64,000 bases of DNA from Flavobacteriales bacterium (GTDB lineage Bacteria > Bacteroidota > Bacteroidia > Flavobacteriales > TMED113): the NCBI GenBank assembly GCA_002863085.1, contig PKDT01000006.1, forward strand, positions 14,595 through 78,594. Direction: 5' to 3'. This document shows, in pieces, positions 10,227 to 19,108 of the stretch. Below the pieces are notes generated by a model. It ran no database searches and was not told the DNA's origin. It worked only from the letters and a program-made list of their open reading frames with translations. Position numbers and translations under genes: made by a program. The first letter of the stretch is position 1. The number at the start of each line of letters is the position of its first letter.

Positions 10227-10583
10227 ATGCAATTTAGAACACGAAAACTTGTAAAGCCTGAAGATCTAAACGCAGGTGGTAGTTTATTTGGAGGTCAACT
10301 TTTAAAGTGGATTGATGAGGAAGCAGCTATTTATGCGATGTGTCAACTTGAAAATAAAAAGGTAACGACAAAATTTATATCTGAAATTGATTTTATTTCT
10401 CCAGCACGCGTCGGTGATGTAATTGAAATCGGCCTTGAGTTAGTTGGCCTAGGTCGTACCTCAATCACAATAAAATGTGAAGCTAGAGTCAAGTCAACAA
10501 GTAGAACGATAATAACAATTGACAAAATTGTTTTCGTAAACCTTGACAATGAATTGAAGCCAGCTCCACATAATAAGCAATAA
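10227..10583 (+). CDS. Acyl-CoA thioesterase (hotdog fold)
   Basis: The pattern LNAGGSLFGGQLLKWIDEEAAIYA is typical of 4HBT/YciA-type thioesterases. The gene is 118 aa. Confidence 0.7.
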   Translation: MQFRTRKLVKPEDLNAGGSLFGGQLLKWIDEEAAIYAMCQLENKKVTTKFISEIDFISPARVGDVIEIGLELVGLGRTSITIKCEARVKSTSRTIITIDKIVFVNLDNELKPAPHNKQ

Positions 10584-10591
10584 TAAATTTG
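10584..10591 (+). promoter_or_regulatory. Bacteroidetes-type -7 promoter box (TAAATTTG) upstream of tRNA(CAT)
   Basis: This is a perfect TAnnTTTG match immediately after the thioesterase stop codon, 39 nt upstream of the tRNA 5' end. Confidence 0.4.
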
Positions 10592-10630
10592 TTTTATACC
10601 AAATCTTTTTCTTATAATTGCTATTCCTTA

Positions 10631-10704
10631 GGGCCCATAGCTCAGCTGGTTAGAGCACTTGACTCATAATCAAGGGGTCGCAGGTTCAAGCCCTGCTGGG
10701 CCCA
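10631..10704 (+). tRNA. tRNA with anticodon CAT; probably tRNA-Ile2 (lysidine-modified), not initiator
   Basis: Hand-folded. Acceptor GGGCCCA pairs with TGGGCCC. Anticodon stem CTTGA/TCAAG carries loop CTCATAA. The G1-C72 pair and the lack of a GGG/CCC anticodon stem exclude an initiator. The C4-G69 and C5-G68 pairs match the E. coli TilS determinants of tRNA-Ile2. Confidence 0.85.
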
Positions 10705-10773
10705 CAAAGTTGGAACGATGCTGTGCTGTTTAACATTTTCTAGTTTTTAAATGCAAAAATCCTATGGGCTTAA

Positions 10774-12048
10774 TTAGTCAAAACTAAGAACTATATAATT
10801 TTTTTTCCCTTTTTGAACCAAAAGATATTTATTATTCAAAAGTTCTTCTTTTGATATTTTTTTATCCTGACTCCATCTTTTTTTATTGATGCTGATAGCA
10901 TTAGAACTAAAAAGTCTTCTTAATTCACTTTTTGAAGCAAATGCTTTTGAGTGTTCAGTTAACAAACTAACAGGGTCAACTGAGTTATCAAATAAATTTA
11001 TACTAATATTGTGCTTTTCAACGCCTTCAAAAACCATCTCGAACTCTTTTATAGAAATTTGCTTGATTTCCTCTTTTGTATTTTTGCCAAATAAAATTTT
11101 TGAGACTCGGAGTGCTTGTTCAAACTTATCAACGCCATGTACTCTAGTAGTTATGTCTTTTGCTAATTCAGTTTGCAATAACCTCTTATGAGGTGCAGCC
11201 TCATGTTTCTTTAAAATGTCATAAATTTGCTCTTTGCCTAGTGTAGTGAATATCTTAATCCAGTTTTTTGCATCCGTATCACCAGAATTCATCCAATATT
11301 GAAAAAACTTGTATGAAGATGTCTTTTGGGAATCTAACCAAATATTACCCGACTCAGATTTACCAAATTTTGTTCCATCTTGTTTTGTTAATAAAGGTGT
11401 TGTAAGTGCATGTGCCTCTTTAGAATCAACTTTTTTAATAAGTTCTATACCAGAAGTTATATTTCCCCACTGATCGGATCCACCAATCTGAATTTCACAA
11501 TTCATAGAATTGTATAAATGATAAAAATCATAAGCTTGAATTAATTGATACGAAAACTCTGTAAACGATATACCCGATTCCATTCTATTTTTTACTGATT
11601 CTTTTGACATCATGTAATTCAATGTAAGACTTTTGCCGATGTCTCTGAAAAAATCAATCATAGAGATTTTATCACACCAATCAATATTATTTACAATCAA
11701 GGCTGGATTGTTTTGAGAATCGAGATTTAAAAACGATTCAAGTTGATATTTAATATTCTTAATATTTGATTCAACCTCTTCTTTAGAAAGCAAATTACGT
11801 TCAGAACTTTTTCCTGAGGGGTCACCGATTAGGCCTGTAGCACCTCCAATCAAAGCAACTGGAATATGCCCGCAATTTTGAAAATGAACAAGAAGCATTA
11901 TTGGAACAAGATTACCAATATGCAATGAGTCTGCAGTAGGGTCAAAACCAACGTAGGCAAGACACGGCTTTTCATTAAGTTTGATTTCAAGTCCAGGAGT
12001 AGTATTGTGAATCATACCTCTCCACTCCATCTCTTTTAAAAAATTCAT
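10774..12048 (-). CDS. tyrS: Tyrosine--tRNA ligase
   Basis: HIGN (SLHIGNLVP) and KFGKS class I signatures are present, with a C-terminal S4-like domain. The gene is 424 aa. Confidence 0.9.
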   Translation of the reverse strand: MNFLKEMEWRGMIHNTTPGLEIKLNEKPCLAYVGFDPTADSLHIGNLVPIMLLVHFQNCGHIPVALIGGATGLIGDPSGKSSERNLLSKEEVESNIKNIKYQLESFLNLDSQNNPALIVNNIDWCDKISMIDFFRDIGKSLTLNYMMSKESVKNRMESGISFTEFSYQLIQAYDFYHLYNSMNCEIQIGGSDQWGNITSGIELIKKVDSKEAHALTTPLLTKQDGTKFGKSESGNIWLDSQKTSSYKFFQYWMNSGDTDAKNWIKIFTTLGKEQIYDILKKHEAAPHKRLLQTELAKDITTRVHGVDKFEQALRVSKILFGKNTKEEIKQISIKEFEMVFEGVEKHNISINLFDNSVDPVSLLTEHSKAFASKSELRRLFSSNAISINKKRWSQDKKISKEELLNNKYLLVQKGKKNYIVLSFD

Positions 12049-12119
12049 AAACTGATTATTTTTTTATAAAAATATCACTAAAGAATTGAAAAAACATATA
12101 TTTATCGAAATATAATTTT

Positions 12120-13115
12120 ATGAAATCAAAAACATTAGTTACTGGTGGAACAGGCTTAGTTGGAGCACATTTGCTTATGGAGCTTGTAAAAAATGATCAA
12201 AATATAATAGCTATTAAACGTAAGTCCAGCAATATTAACAATGTTAAAGAAATATTCAACTTTTATGATGATAATGGAGATGAACTACATGAAAAAATTA
12301 ATTGGGTTGATTGTGACTTAAATGACATAGTATTGCTAGAGGAAGTCATTAAAGACTGTGACTACATTTTTCACTGTGCGGGTTTTGTTTCATTTAATAA
12401 CAATTTTAAGGACAAAATGATTGAAGTTAACTACGTTGGAACCTCAAATATAATTGATTTAGCGTTGAAGCATAAAGTGAAAAAAATTTGTCATGTTAGC
12501 TCAATTGCCACGCTTGGTAATTCAAAAAATATTGATGAAAATTCATTATGGAGCTGGGAATCCCGATCTGGTTACGCCATCTCAAAATACTTAGCTGAAA
12601 ATGAGGTTTGGAGAGCTTTCTCTGAGGGAATGGAGGGAATTATAGTTAATCCCTCTGTTGTAATTGGTCCAATTTCCGGTAATTCAACTTTTAAAAAAAT
12701 TTTAAAATTGATAAAAAAAAGCAATGGGTTTTATACTAATGGAAGTTTTGGATATGTTGATGCCAGAGATTTGGCAATAATTATGAATAAATTAATGTCA
12801 AAAAAAGTTAGCAATGAAAGATTCATTGTAAATGGTGGAATAATATCATTTAAAGATTTAATTTCTACATTTTCAGAAAAACTAAAAATACCTCAACCCC
12901 GCTATGTTTTGAGTGCGCTAACTATTAAAATAGTTTTAAAATTTACCAATTTTTTCTGGAGGTTTATTAATCCCAATAAAATAACAAGCTATGATTCTGT
13001 TAGATTTTTAAATAATTTTTGTAAGCTAGATACCTCAAAAATCAATAATTATTTGGAAATCAAGTTTCGTGAAATTAATCCGTCAATTGATAACTGTTTG
13101 AAATTTTACAAATAA
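12120..13115 (+). CDS. NAD-dependent epimerase/dehydratase family (extended SDR)
   Basis: A Rossmann motif VTGGTGLVGAHL and the catalytic YAISKYLAE (YxxxK) are present. Confidence 0.7.
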   Translation: MKSKTLVTGGTGLVGAHLLMELVKNDQNIIAIKRKSSNINNVKEIFNFYDDNGDELHEKINWVDCDLNDIVLLEEVIKDCDYIFHCAGFVSFNNNFKDKMIEVNYVGTSNIIDLALKHKVKKICHVSSIATLGNSKNIDENSLWSWESRSGYAISKYLAENEVWRAFSEGMEGIIVNPSVVIGPISGNSTFKKILKLIKKSNGFYTNGSFGYVDARDLAIIMNKLMSKKVSNERFIVNGGIISFKDLISTFSEKLKIPQPRYVLSALTIKIVLKFTNFFWRFINPNKITSYDSVRFLNNFCKLDTSKINNYLEIKFREINPSIDNCLKFYK

Positions 13116-14431
13116 GATAATTCTATGCCCAAAATAGAATCGTTGATTATGCCGTGCTCATAAACCAAGTTACCATTGACGAATGTGTGAGAAATATTAA
13201 AATCAAACTTTTTATTTTCAAGTGGCGACCAACCACACATATACATAAGATTATCTTTTTTAACTTCCCAGGACTTTCTTTCAATTGCAACCAAATCGGC
13301 ATAATAACCTTCTCTAATGAAACCTCTTTTTTCTATGTTGAAACATATAGCAGGTGCATGACACATTTTTTCGACAATTTTTTCGACAGAGATTTTATTG
13401 TTTAAATGATGCTGTAACATTACAGTTAAAGCATGTTGAACCATTGGAGCACCTGAGGGACAGTTAAAGTATGACTGTTGTTTTTCTTTAGCTGTATGTG
13501 GAGCGTGATCTGTTGCAATAACATCAATTCGATTGTCAAGCAGAGCTTTCCATATTGCATCATTATCTTTTTCAGACTTTACTGCAGGATTCCACTTAAT
13601 AAACGCACCTCTTTTTTTGTAGTCTTTATCAGTAAAAGTTAAATGATGAATGCAAGCTTCGGAGGTAATTTTTTTTTGTTTTAGATCAATATCATTTGAA
13701 AATAAATCGAGTTCTCTTTCCGTTGATATATGCAGAACATGAAGGCGCGTTGAATACTTTTTAGCAAGTGAAACTGCAAGAGCACTTGATTTGTAACAGG
13801 CCTCTTCAGACCTGATATTTGGGTGATATTCAATTGGAACGTTTTCGCCAAATTTAGTTTTATATTTAATAATATTTTCTTTAATCGTGTTTTCGTCCTC
13901 ACAATGAACAGCAATTAAACCTTCAACATTAGAGAAAATATTATTTAAAACAGTAAAGTCATCAACTAGCATATTTCCAGTCGATGAGCCCATAAATATT
14001 TTAAGTCCAGGGACTTTGCCAAAATCTGTCTTTAAAACTTCATTAATATTAGTGTTAGAAACGCCCATAAAAAAACTGTAGTTAGCTAGTGAATTATACT
14101 TTGCTATATCGAATTTCTGTTGTAAGAGCTCCTGACTTAATACAGGTGGAATTGTGTTTGGCATCTCCATGAATGAAGTTATTCCTCCTGCAACTGCAGC
14201 TCTTGACTCAGAAAAAATATTAGCCTTGTGAGTCAGGCCGGGTTCTCTAAAATGTACTTGATCATCAATTACGCCAGGCATTAAATAATTTCCATTAAGA
14301 TCTATTATTTTGTAATTTTTTGCAGAAATTGTGGTAGACAATTTATGTATCCTTCTATTTTTTATTAACAAATCACTTTCAAAAGTCTCACCTTCATTTA
14401 CAATTCTTGCATTTTTTATAAGTATATCCAT
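13106..14431 (-). CDS. pyrC: Dihydroorotase (amidohydrolase superfamily)
   Basis: Motifs PGVIDDQVHFREPG and ATDHAPHTAKEK are present. The gene is 441 aa. Confidence 0.75.
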   Translation of the reverse strand: MDILIKNARIVNEGETFESDLLIKNRRIHKLSTTISAKNYKIIDLNGNYLMPGVIDDQVHFREPGLTHKANIFSESRAAVAGGITSFMEMPNTIPPVLSQELLQQKFDIAKYNSLANYSFFMGVSNTNINEVLKTDFGKVPGLKIFMGSSTGNMLVDDFTVLNNIFSNVEGLIAVHCEDENTIKENIIKYKTKFGENVPIEYHPNIRSEEACYKSSALAVSLAKKYSTRLHVLHISTERELDLFSNDIDLKQKKITSEACIHHLTFTDKDYKKRGAFIKWNPAVKSEKDNDAIWKALLDNRIDVIATDHAPHTAKEKQQSYFNCPSGAPMVQHALTVMLQHHLNNKISVEKIVEKMCHAPAICFNIEKRGFIREGYYADLVAIERKSWEVKKDNLMYMCGWSPLENKKFDFNISHTFVNGNLVYEHGIINDSILGIELSYL

Positions 14432-14449
14432 AATTGATAAATGATTTAA

Positions 14450-15175
14450 TTAAAATTTCTTAAAAACACTCATTATTTTCATTTTCACAACACCAAGAGC
14501 TGCTTCTTTTATAATACTACTATTAAGTTTTGATACTCCCTTTTCCCTATCTTTAAAAATTATAGGATATTCCGAAATTTTAAAATTTTTAAGCCAAATT
14601 CTGTACTTCATTTCAATTTGAAATGCGTATCCCATAAATTGAACAGTGTTGATATTAATTGATTCCAAAACACTTCTTTTATATAACATAAATCCAGCTG
14701 TTGGATCCTTAATTGGCATACATGTAATAATTCTTACATAGAATGAGGCAAAATATGATAATAAAACTCTTGATAAAGGCCAATTGACAACGTTAATGCC
14801 AGAAATATATCTCGATCCCACACAAGCATCTAATTTTTTTTCAAGTAAATAATTGTAAAGCTTACTTAGATCTTCAGGATTATGAGAAAAGTCACAATCT
14901 ATTTGAAAAAAATACTCGTAATGCTTTTTAAGCCCCCAATTAAAGCCGTCGATGTAAGCCGTTCCTAACCCTCTCTTAGTTGATCTTTCAAGTAAAAATA
15001 AACTATTAGGATATTTTATTTTCATTTTTTTAACAACATCAGAAGTGCCATCAGGTGATGAATCATCCACTACAAGTATGTGAAAATTTAATGAAACAGA
15101 AAGCACTGCATCAATCATTGATTGAATATTTTCAACTTCATTGAATGTGGGGATGACAACTAAGGAATTTTGCAT
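14450..15175 (-). CDS. GT2 polyprenol-phosphate mannosyltransferase-like glycosyltransferase
   Basis: Motifs VVIPTFNEVENI, VVDDSSPDGT and QIDCDFSHNP are present. Confidence 0.75.
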   Translation of the reverse strand: MQNSLVVIPTFNEVENIQSMIDAVLSVSLNFHILVVDDSSPDGTSDVVKKMKIKYPNSLFLLERSTKRGLGTAYIDGFNWGLKKHYEYFFQIDCDFSHNPEDLSKLYNYLLEKKLDACVGSRYISGINVVNWPLSRVLLSYFASFYVRIITCMPIKDPTAGFMLYKRSVLESININTVQFMGYAFQIEMKYRIWLKNFKISEYPIIFKDREKGVSKLNSSIIKEAALGVVKMKIMSVFKKF

Positions 15176-15207
15176 AAATAAATTAATACAAGTAAAAATA
15201 ACTAATA

Positions 15208-15215
15208 TAATTTTG
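15208..15215 (+). promoter_or_regulatory. Bacteroidetes-type -7 promoter box (TAATTTTG) in the 164-nt gap upstream of the LTD/TBDT/nuclease operon
   Basis: This is a perfect TAnnTTTG match, but it lies 124 nt upstream of the ATG at 15340. A 7/8 match (TAATTTTC, 15310..15317) lies 22 nt upstream of the ATG, so which one is used is unresolved. Confidence 0.3.
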
Positions 15216-15339
15216 AAATTTAATTAATATGTGCGTAAGTATTTTATGTTTTTTTGACTTTTCAGGACAAAAAAAAGAAATTAATAATATAACATACAAA
15301 GTTTATTAGTAATTTTCAACAACAAAAAAAAATCATTAT

Positions 15340-16314
15340 ATGAAAGCACTTTACACATTAACTCTTTTTTTATTAGTTAATTTTCTTAATGCTCAATGCT
15401 CTGATCTGTTTTTTTCAGAATATGTTGAAGGTTGGTCAAACAACAAAGCATTAGAAATATATAACCCAACACCTAACCAAATTGATTTGTCAGCATATTC
15501 AATTTCAAGATACACAAACGGTGCAACAACTGCCAGCACACCTCAACAACTTGATGGTTTGATTGAGCCTTATTCAACATTTGTAATTGGATTGGATAAA
15601 AGAGATCCCAATGGAAGTGGTTTTGACGCCCCAGTTTGGGACGGATTTTATACTTACACCGACAGTATAACAAATGAAGAAGTAACAATTTACGATGCTG
15701 ATGATGACCTTCAGAGTATGATAGATTTTTGGGCAAATGGCACATACTACTCTGGAACTGACCCCGATTCAGCTGCTACTTACCCGATGACAATGTTTTT
15801 TAACGGAAATGATGCCATTACTCTTGAGCTAATCGGTGGTAATGTTATAGATTTGATTGGTAAAGTCGGTGAAGACCCAGGAGCAGGCTGGACAAGCGGT
15901 GACGGAGAAATTTGGACAAAAGATCATACTCTAGTTAGAAAATCAGTCGTAACTTCTGGTGTTACATCAAATCCAATGACATTTGACCCCTCAACAGAGT
16001 GGGAATTATTCGATGCTAACACATTCACTTCACTTGGTTCGCATAGTTGTGAATGTAATAGTTCATCTATTTTGGAAACAAAATTAACAGCTTTTTCAAT
16101 TTACCCAAACCCATCACAAAACGGTTATTTAAATATTTCTAATAACGAAATAATTCAACATATTAAAATATATAATAATCTAGGAAAACAGGTTTACAGT
16201 GGTTCTAATTTCGATAAAAGTTCTTTAGCAATTAAGATTCCTGGCTATGGAATTCATTTTGTTCAACTATCTGATTCACAAAAAACAATTACAAAAAAAG
16301 TTGTATTAAATTAA
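15340..16314 (+). CDS. Secreted lamin-tail-domain (LTD) protein with T9SS C-terminal sorting domain
   Basis: A signal peptide is followed by CSDLFFSEYVEGWSNNKALEIYNPTPNQIDLSAYSISRY...FNGNDAITLE...DLIGKVGEDPG...WTKDHTLVRK. This is the LTD pattern seen in ExeM/NucH/Xds-type secreted nucleases. The C-terminus FSIYPNPSQNGYLNISNN...ITKKVVLN is a type A T9SS CTD. I saw no catalytic motif. Confidence 0.65.
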   Translation: MKALYTLTLFLLVNFLNAQCSDLFFSEYVEGWSNNKALEIYNPTPNQIDLSAYSISRYTNGATTASTPQQLDGLIEPYSTFVIGLDKRDPNGSGFDAPVWDGFYTYTDSITNEEVTIYDADDDLQSMIDFWANGTYYSGTDPDSAATYPMTMFFNGNDAITLELIGGNVIDLIGKVGEDPGAGWTSGDGEIWTKDHTLVRKSVVTSGVTSNPMTFDPSTEWELFDANTFTSLGSHSCECNSSSILETKLTAFSIYPNPSQNGYLNISNNEIIQHIKIYNNLGKQVYSGSNFDKSSLAIKIPGYGIHFVQLSDSQKTITKKVVLN

Positions 16315-16318
16315 TCTA

Positions 16319-19105
16319 ATGCAAAACTTTAATTTCGTAATTTATTTAAGCTTGTGGTCCTGCTGTGTTTCATTTTCTCAAGTTTCAGGATTAGTGACAG
16401 ACCACAAAGACAAAACAGCTTTGATTGGAGCAAATATAGTTTTAACTGAAATACCTAACAGCGAAAATATTGTTGGGACAACAACAAATTTTGACGGTAA
16501 ATATAATTTTGAAAATATTAAAATTGGAAATTACCAGTTGGCAGTTTCTTACATTGGCTACAAAACATATGAAATGCCTGTTTCGATTACAAACGGTAAG
16601 AATCAGATAATTGACATTAGACTCGAAAAAGATCTTGTACTTGACGTTGTAAGAGTGATCGGTGATCAAGCAGAATTTAGAAAAACCCCTGTATCTTTGA
16701 GTAATGTAAAACTTGAAAAAATTGAGAGAGAGTTAGGTGGACAAGAAATTCCAATGTTATTGAATTCAACGCCAGGAGTTTATGCCACTCAACAAGGTGG
16801 AGGGGATGGTGACGTAAGAATTAACATTAGGGGATTCAACCAAAGAAATGTTGCGGTCATGATTGATGGAGTTCCCATGAACGATATGGAAAATGGCTGG
16901 GTCTACTGGTCTAACTGGTTTGGTCTTGATGCTTTAACCAGATCAATTCAAGTTCAAAGAGGACTTGGCGCATCGAAACTTGCCTTGCCCTCAGTTGGTG
17001 GTACAATAAATATTATTACAAAAGGACTTGATACTAAAGAGGGGGGAGTAATCAAACAAGAAATTGGTAGCGGCAATTATACCCGAACATCATTTGGTTA
17101 TACAACAAAAAATTTCAGATTAGGTAAATTTAATCTGGCAGGTTCATTTAAAAATTCTGACGGTATAATAGATGAAACAGGTTCACAAGGTTTTTTTTAT
17201 TATCTGAAATGGCAAAAGGAATTCAAAAATCATTTACTTTCAATGTCCGTTTTTGGAGCCCCGCAACAACACGACCAAAGAAAATATCAAACCGGTATTG
17301 CCGTTTTTGATTCCGATTATGCGGACGAGCAAGGTATTAACACTGAATCTTTAGAGGGAAATTATGGACTTTCATACAATCCTAACTGGGGAATCTACAA
17401 TGACTACGATGTTGTTTTTGAAAATGGTCTTCCTATTGACACGATTATGGGAACCAACACTAAAGTTAACAGATATAAAAACTATTATCACAAACCAAAC
17501 TTTAATTTTCAACATCTTTGGAATATAAATGACAAGAGTTCCATATCAAATGTCATTTACTACTCAGTTGGGAGAGGTGGAGGCACAGGTTTTCAGGGTG
17601 GTAATCTAACTTACACTGAAAATAACCAAATTGATTTTCAAACTATTTATGACTCCAATAGCGGAAATACAATCCATCCTTTTTTTGGAGACTTATCAAT
17701 TGACCCTAACTACAGCCTAAATGAACACAAATCTACAAGTATTCTATATTCATCGATTAATAATCACTATTGGACGGGAATGCTTTCTACATATAATTCA
17801 CAATTAAATAATTATTTCGATTTAGCAGCCGGAATTGACTTAAGGTCATATACTGGTGAACATTACAGAGAAGTGTATGATCTTCTTGGGGGTGATTATT
17901 ATGTTGGTTCAACAGAAGAGGGTGGTAAGAATTATATTGGTAATAATTCTAACCAGACAATGTTAAGAGAAGGTGACAAGATATATTATCACAACGATGG
18001 ATTAGTCAAATGGATTGGGGGGTTTGGACAGCTGGAATACGATTACGGCAGTATCTCTGCTTTTATAAATTTCACAGGCTCAAAAACATCTTACAAGAGA
18101 ATAGACTATTTTAAAAAAATGGATATAGTATATTCCGATTCAATAGTTTCACAAGCTGTAGGTATAAATGATAGTATAGTTTCAAATGGTAACGAACTTC
18201 ACACACGCTATGCTGAAACTAAATGGCAAAACTTCAATGGCTTTACATTCAAAACTGGTGCTAACTGGAATATTGATGAAAAAAATAATATTTTCATCAA
18301 CTCTGGTATTTTATCTAAAGCTCCAAGATTTAATAATGTGTTTAATTATGACAATGAAATATACTACAATATTGAAAACGAGGTTGTAAAAGCTATTGAG
18401 CTAGGCTACGGATACAGAACAAAGAACTTCTCTTTAAACATGAATCTTTACAATACACAGTGGGAAAATAAACCCCAAGCTGGAACAACCGTAATTGATG
18501 GTGGAGAAACAGCATCATACAACATAAATGGAATCAATGCTCTTCATCAAGGTTTAGAAATAGATTTTGCACTCAAGGTTTCTAAAAATATTCAATATGA
18601 ATTTTTAAGCTCTATCGGTAACTGGCGATGGAACTCAGGAGATACCGTTAATTTTTACATTGATCAAGAACTAGTGCAAAGTGATTACTTTGATGCAAGA
18701 GGTGTTTATGTTGGAGACTCTCCACAAACACAAATTGGTTCAAGTCTTAGCTATAATTTTAAAATTAACAAAAATTCAAAAGGCTACATAAAATTGAAAG
18801 GAATGTTTTTCGATAGGTTTTTTTCAGATTTTGACCCATTTACCCTGGATGAAGATAAAGAAGTTTGGCAAATACCTTCATACAAATTATTCAGTTTTCA
18901 TATGGGAAATACTATATACTTTAAAGAAAGTAGTCTAAGATTAAAACTTAATATTTTAAATTTATTTAATGCAACATACATAAGCGATGCAGAAAACAAC
19001 TCAGGCTATGTTGAAGACTCTCCTATGAATTCTGACGCCGCATCTGCCTCTGTTTTCTTTGGACTTGGTAGAAAAATTACAACATCTATTGAATATAAAT
19101 TTTAA
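16319..19105 (+). CDS. TonB-dependent outer-membrane transporter (CarboxypepD_reg-like N-domain + plug + barrel)
   Basis: The N-terminus VSGLVTDHKDKTALIGANIVL...YIGYKTYEM is followed by the plug motifs PGVYATQQGGGDGDVRINIRGF and MIDGVPMND. The 928-aa product ends with the terminal aromatic residue in ...SIEYKF. Confidence 0.8.
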   Translation: MQNFNFVIYLSLWSCCVSFSQVSGLVTDHKDKTALIGANIVLTEIPNSENIVGTTTNFDGKYNFENIKIGNYQLAVSYIGYKTYEMPVSITNGKNQIIDIRLEKDLVLDVVRVIGDQAEFRKTPVSLSNVKLEKIERELGGQEIPMLLNSTPGVYATQQGGGDGDVRINIRGFNQRNVAVMIDGVPMNDMENGWVYWSNWFGLDALTRSIQVQRGLGASKLALPSVGGTINIITKGLDTKEGGVIKQEIGSGNYTRTSFGYTTKNFRLGKFNLAGSFKNSDGIIDETGSQGFFYYLKWQKEFKNHLLSMSVFGAPQQHDQRKYQTGIAVFDSDYADEQGINTESLEGNYGLSYNPNWGIYNDYDVVFENGLPIDTIMGTNTKVNRYKNYYHKPNFNFQHLWNINDKSSISNVIYYSVGRGGGTGFQGGNLTYTENNQIDFQTIYDSNSGNTIHPFFGDLSIDPNYSLNEHKSTSILYSSINNHYWTGMLSTYNSQLNNYFDLAAGIDLRSYTGEHYREVYDLLGGDYYVGSTEEGGKNYIGNNSNQTMLREGDKIYYHNDGLVKWIGGFGQLEYDYGSISAFINFTGSKTSYKRIDYFKKMDIVYSDSIVSQAVGINDSIVSNGNELHTRYAETKWQNFNGFTFKTGANWNIDEKNNIFINSGILSKAPRFNNVFNYDNEIYYNIENEVVKAIELGYGYRTKNFSLNMNLYNTQWENKPQAGTTVIDGGETASYNINGINALHQGLEIDFALKVSKNIQYEFLSSIGNWRWNSGDTVNFYIDQELVQSDYFDARGVYVGDSPQTQIGSSLSYNFKINKNSKGYIKLKGMFFDRFFSDFDPFTLDEDKEVWQIPSYKLFSFHMGNTIYFKESSLRLKLNILNLFNATYISDAENNSGYVEDSPMNSDAASASVFFGLGRKITTSIEYKF

Positions 19106-19108
19106 ATT

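Noticed and set aside
10705-10773. An 8-nt complement (CCTATGGGC region at about 10754-10762) to the 5' end of the adjacent tRNA (GCCCATAG), considered as a possible att-site remnant or terminator between the tRNA and tyrS.
   Set aside because: The match is short and inverted rather than direct, and it could occur by chance in 70 nt. No integrase or island is adjacent. I could fold no convincing hairpin in this gap.
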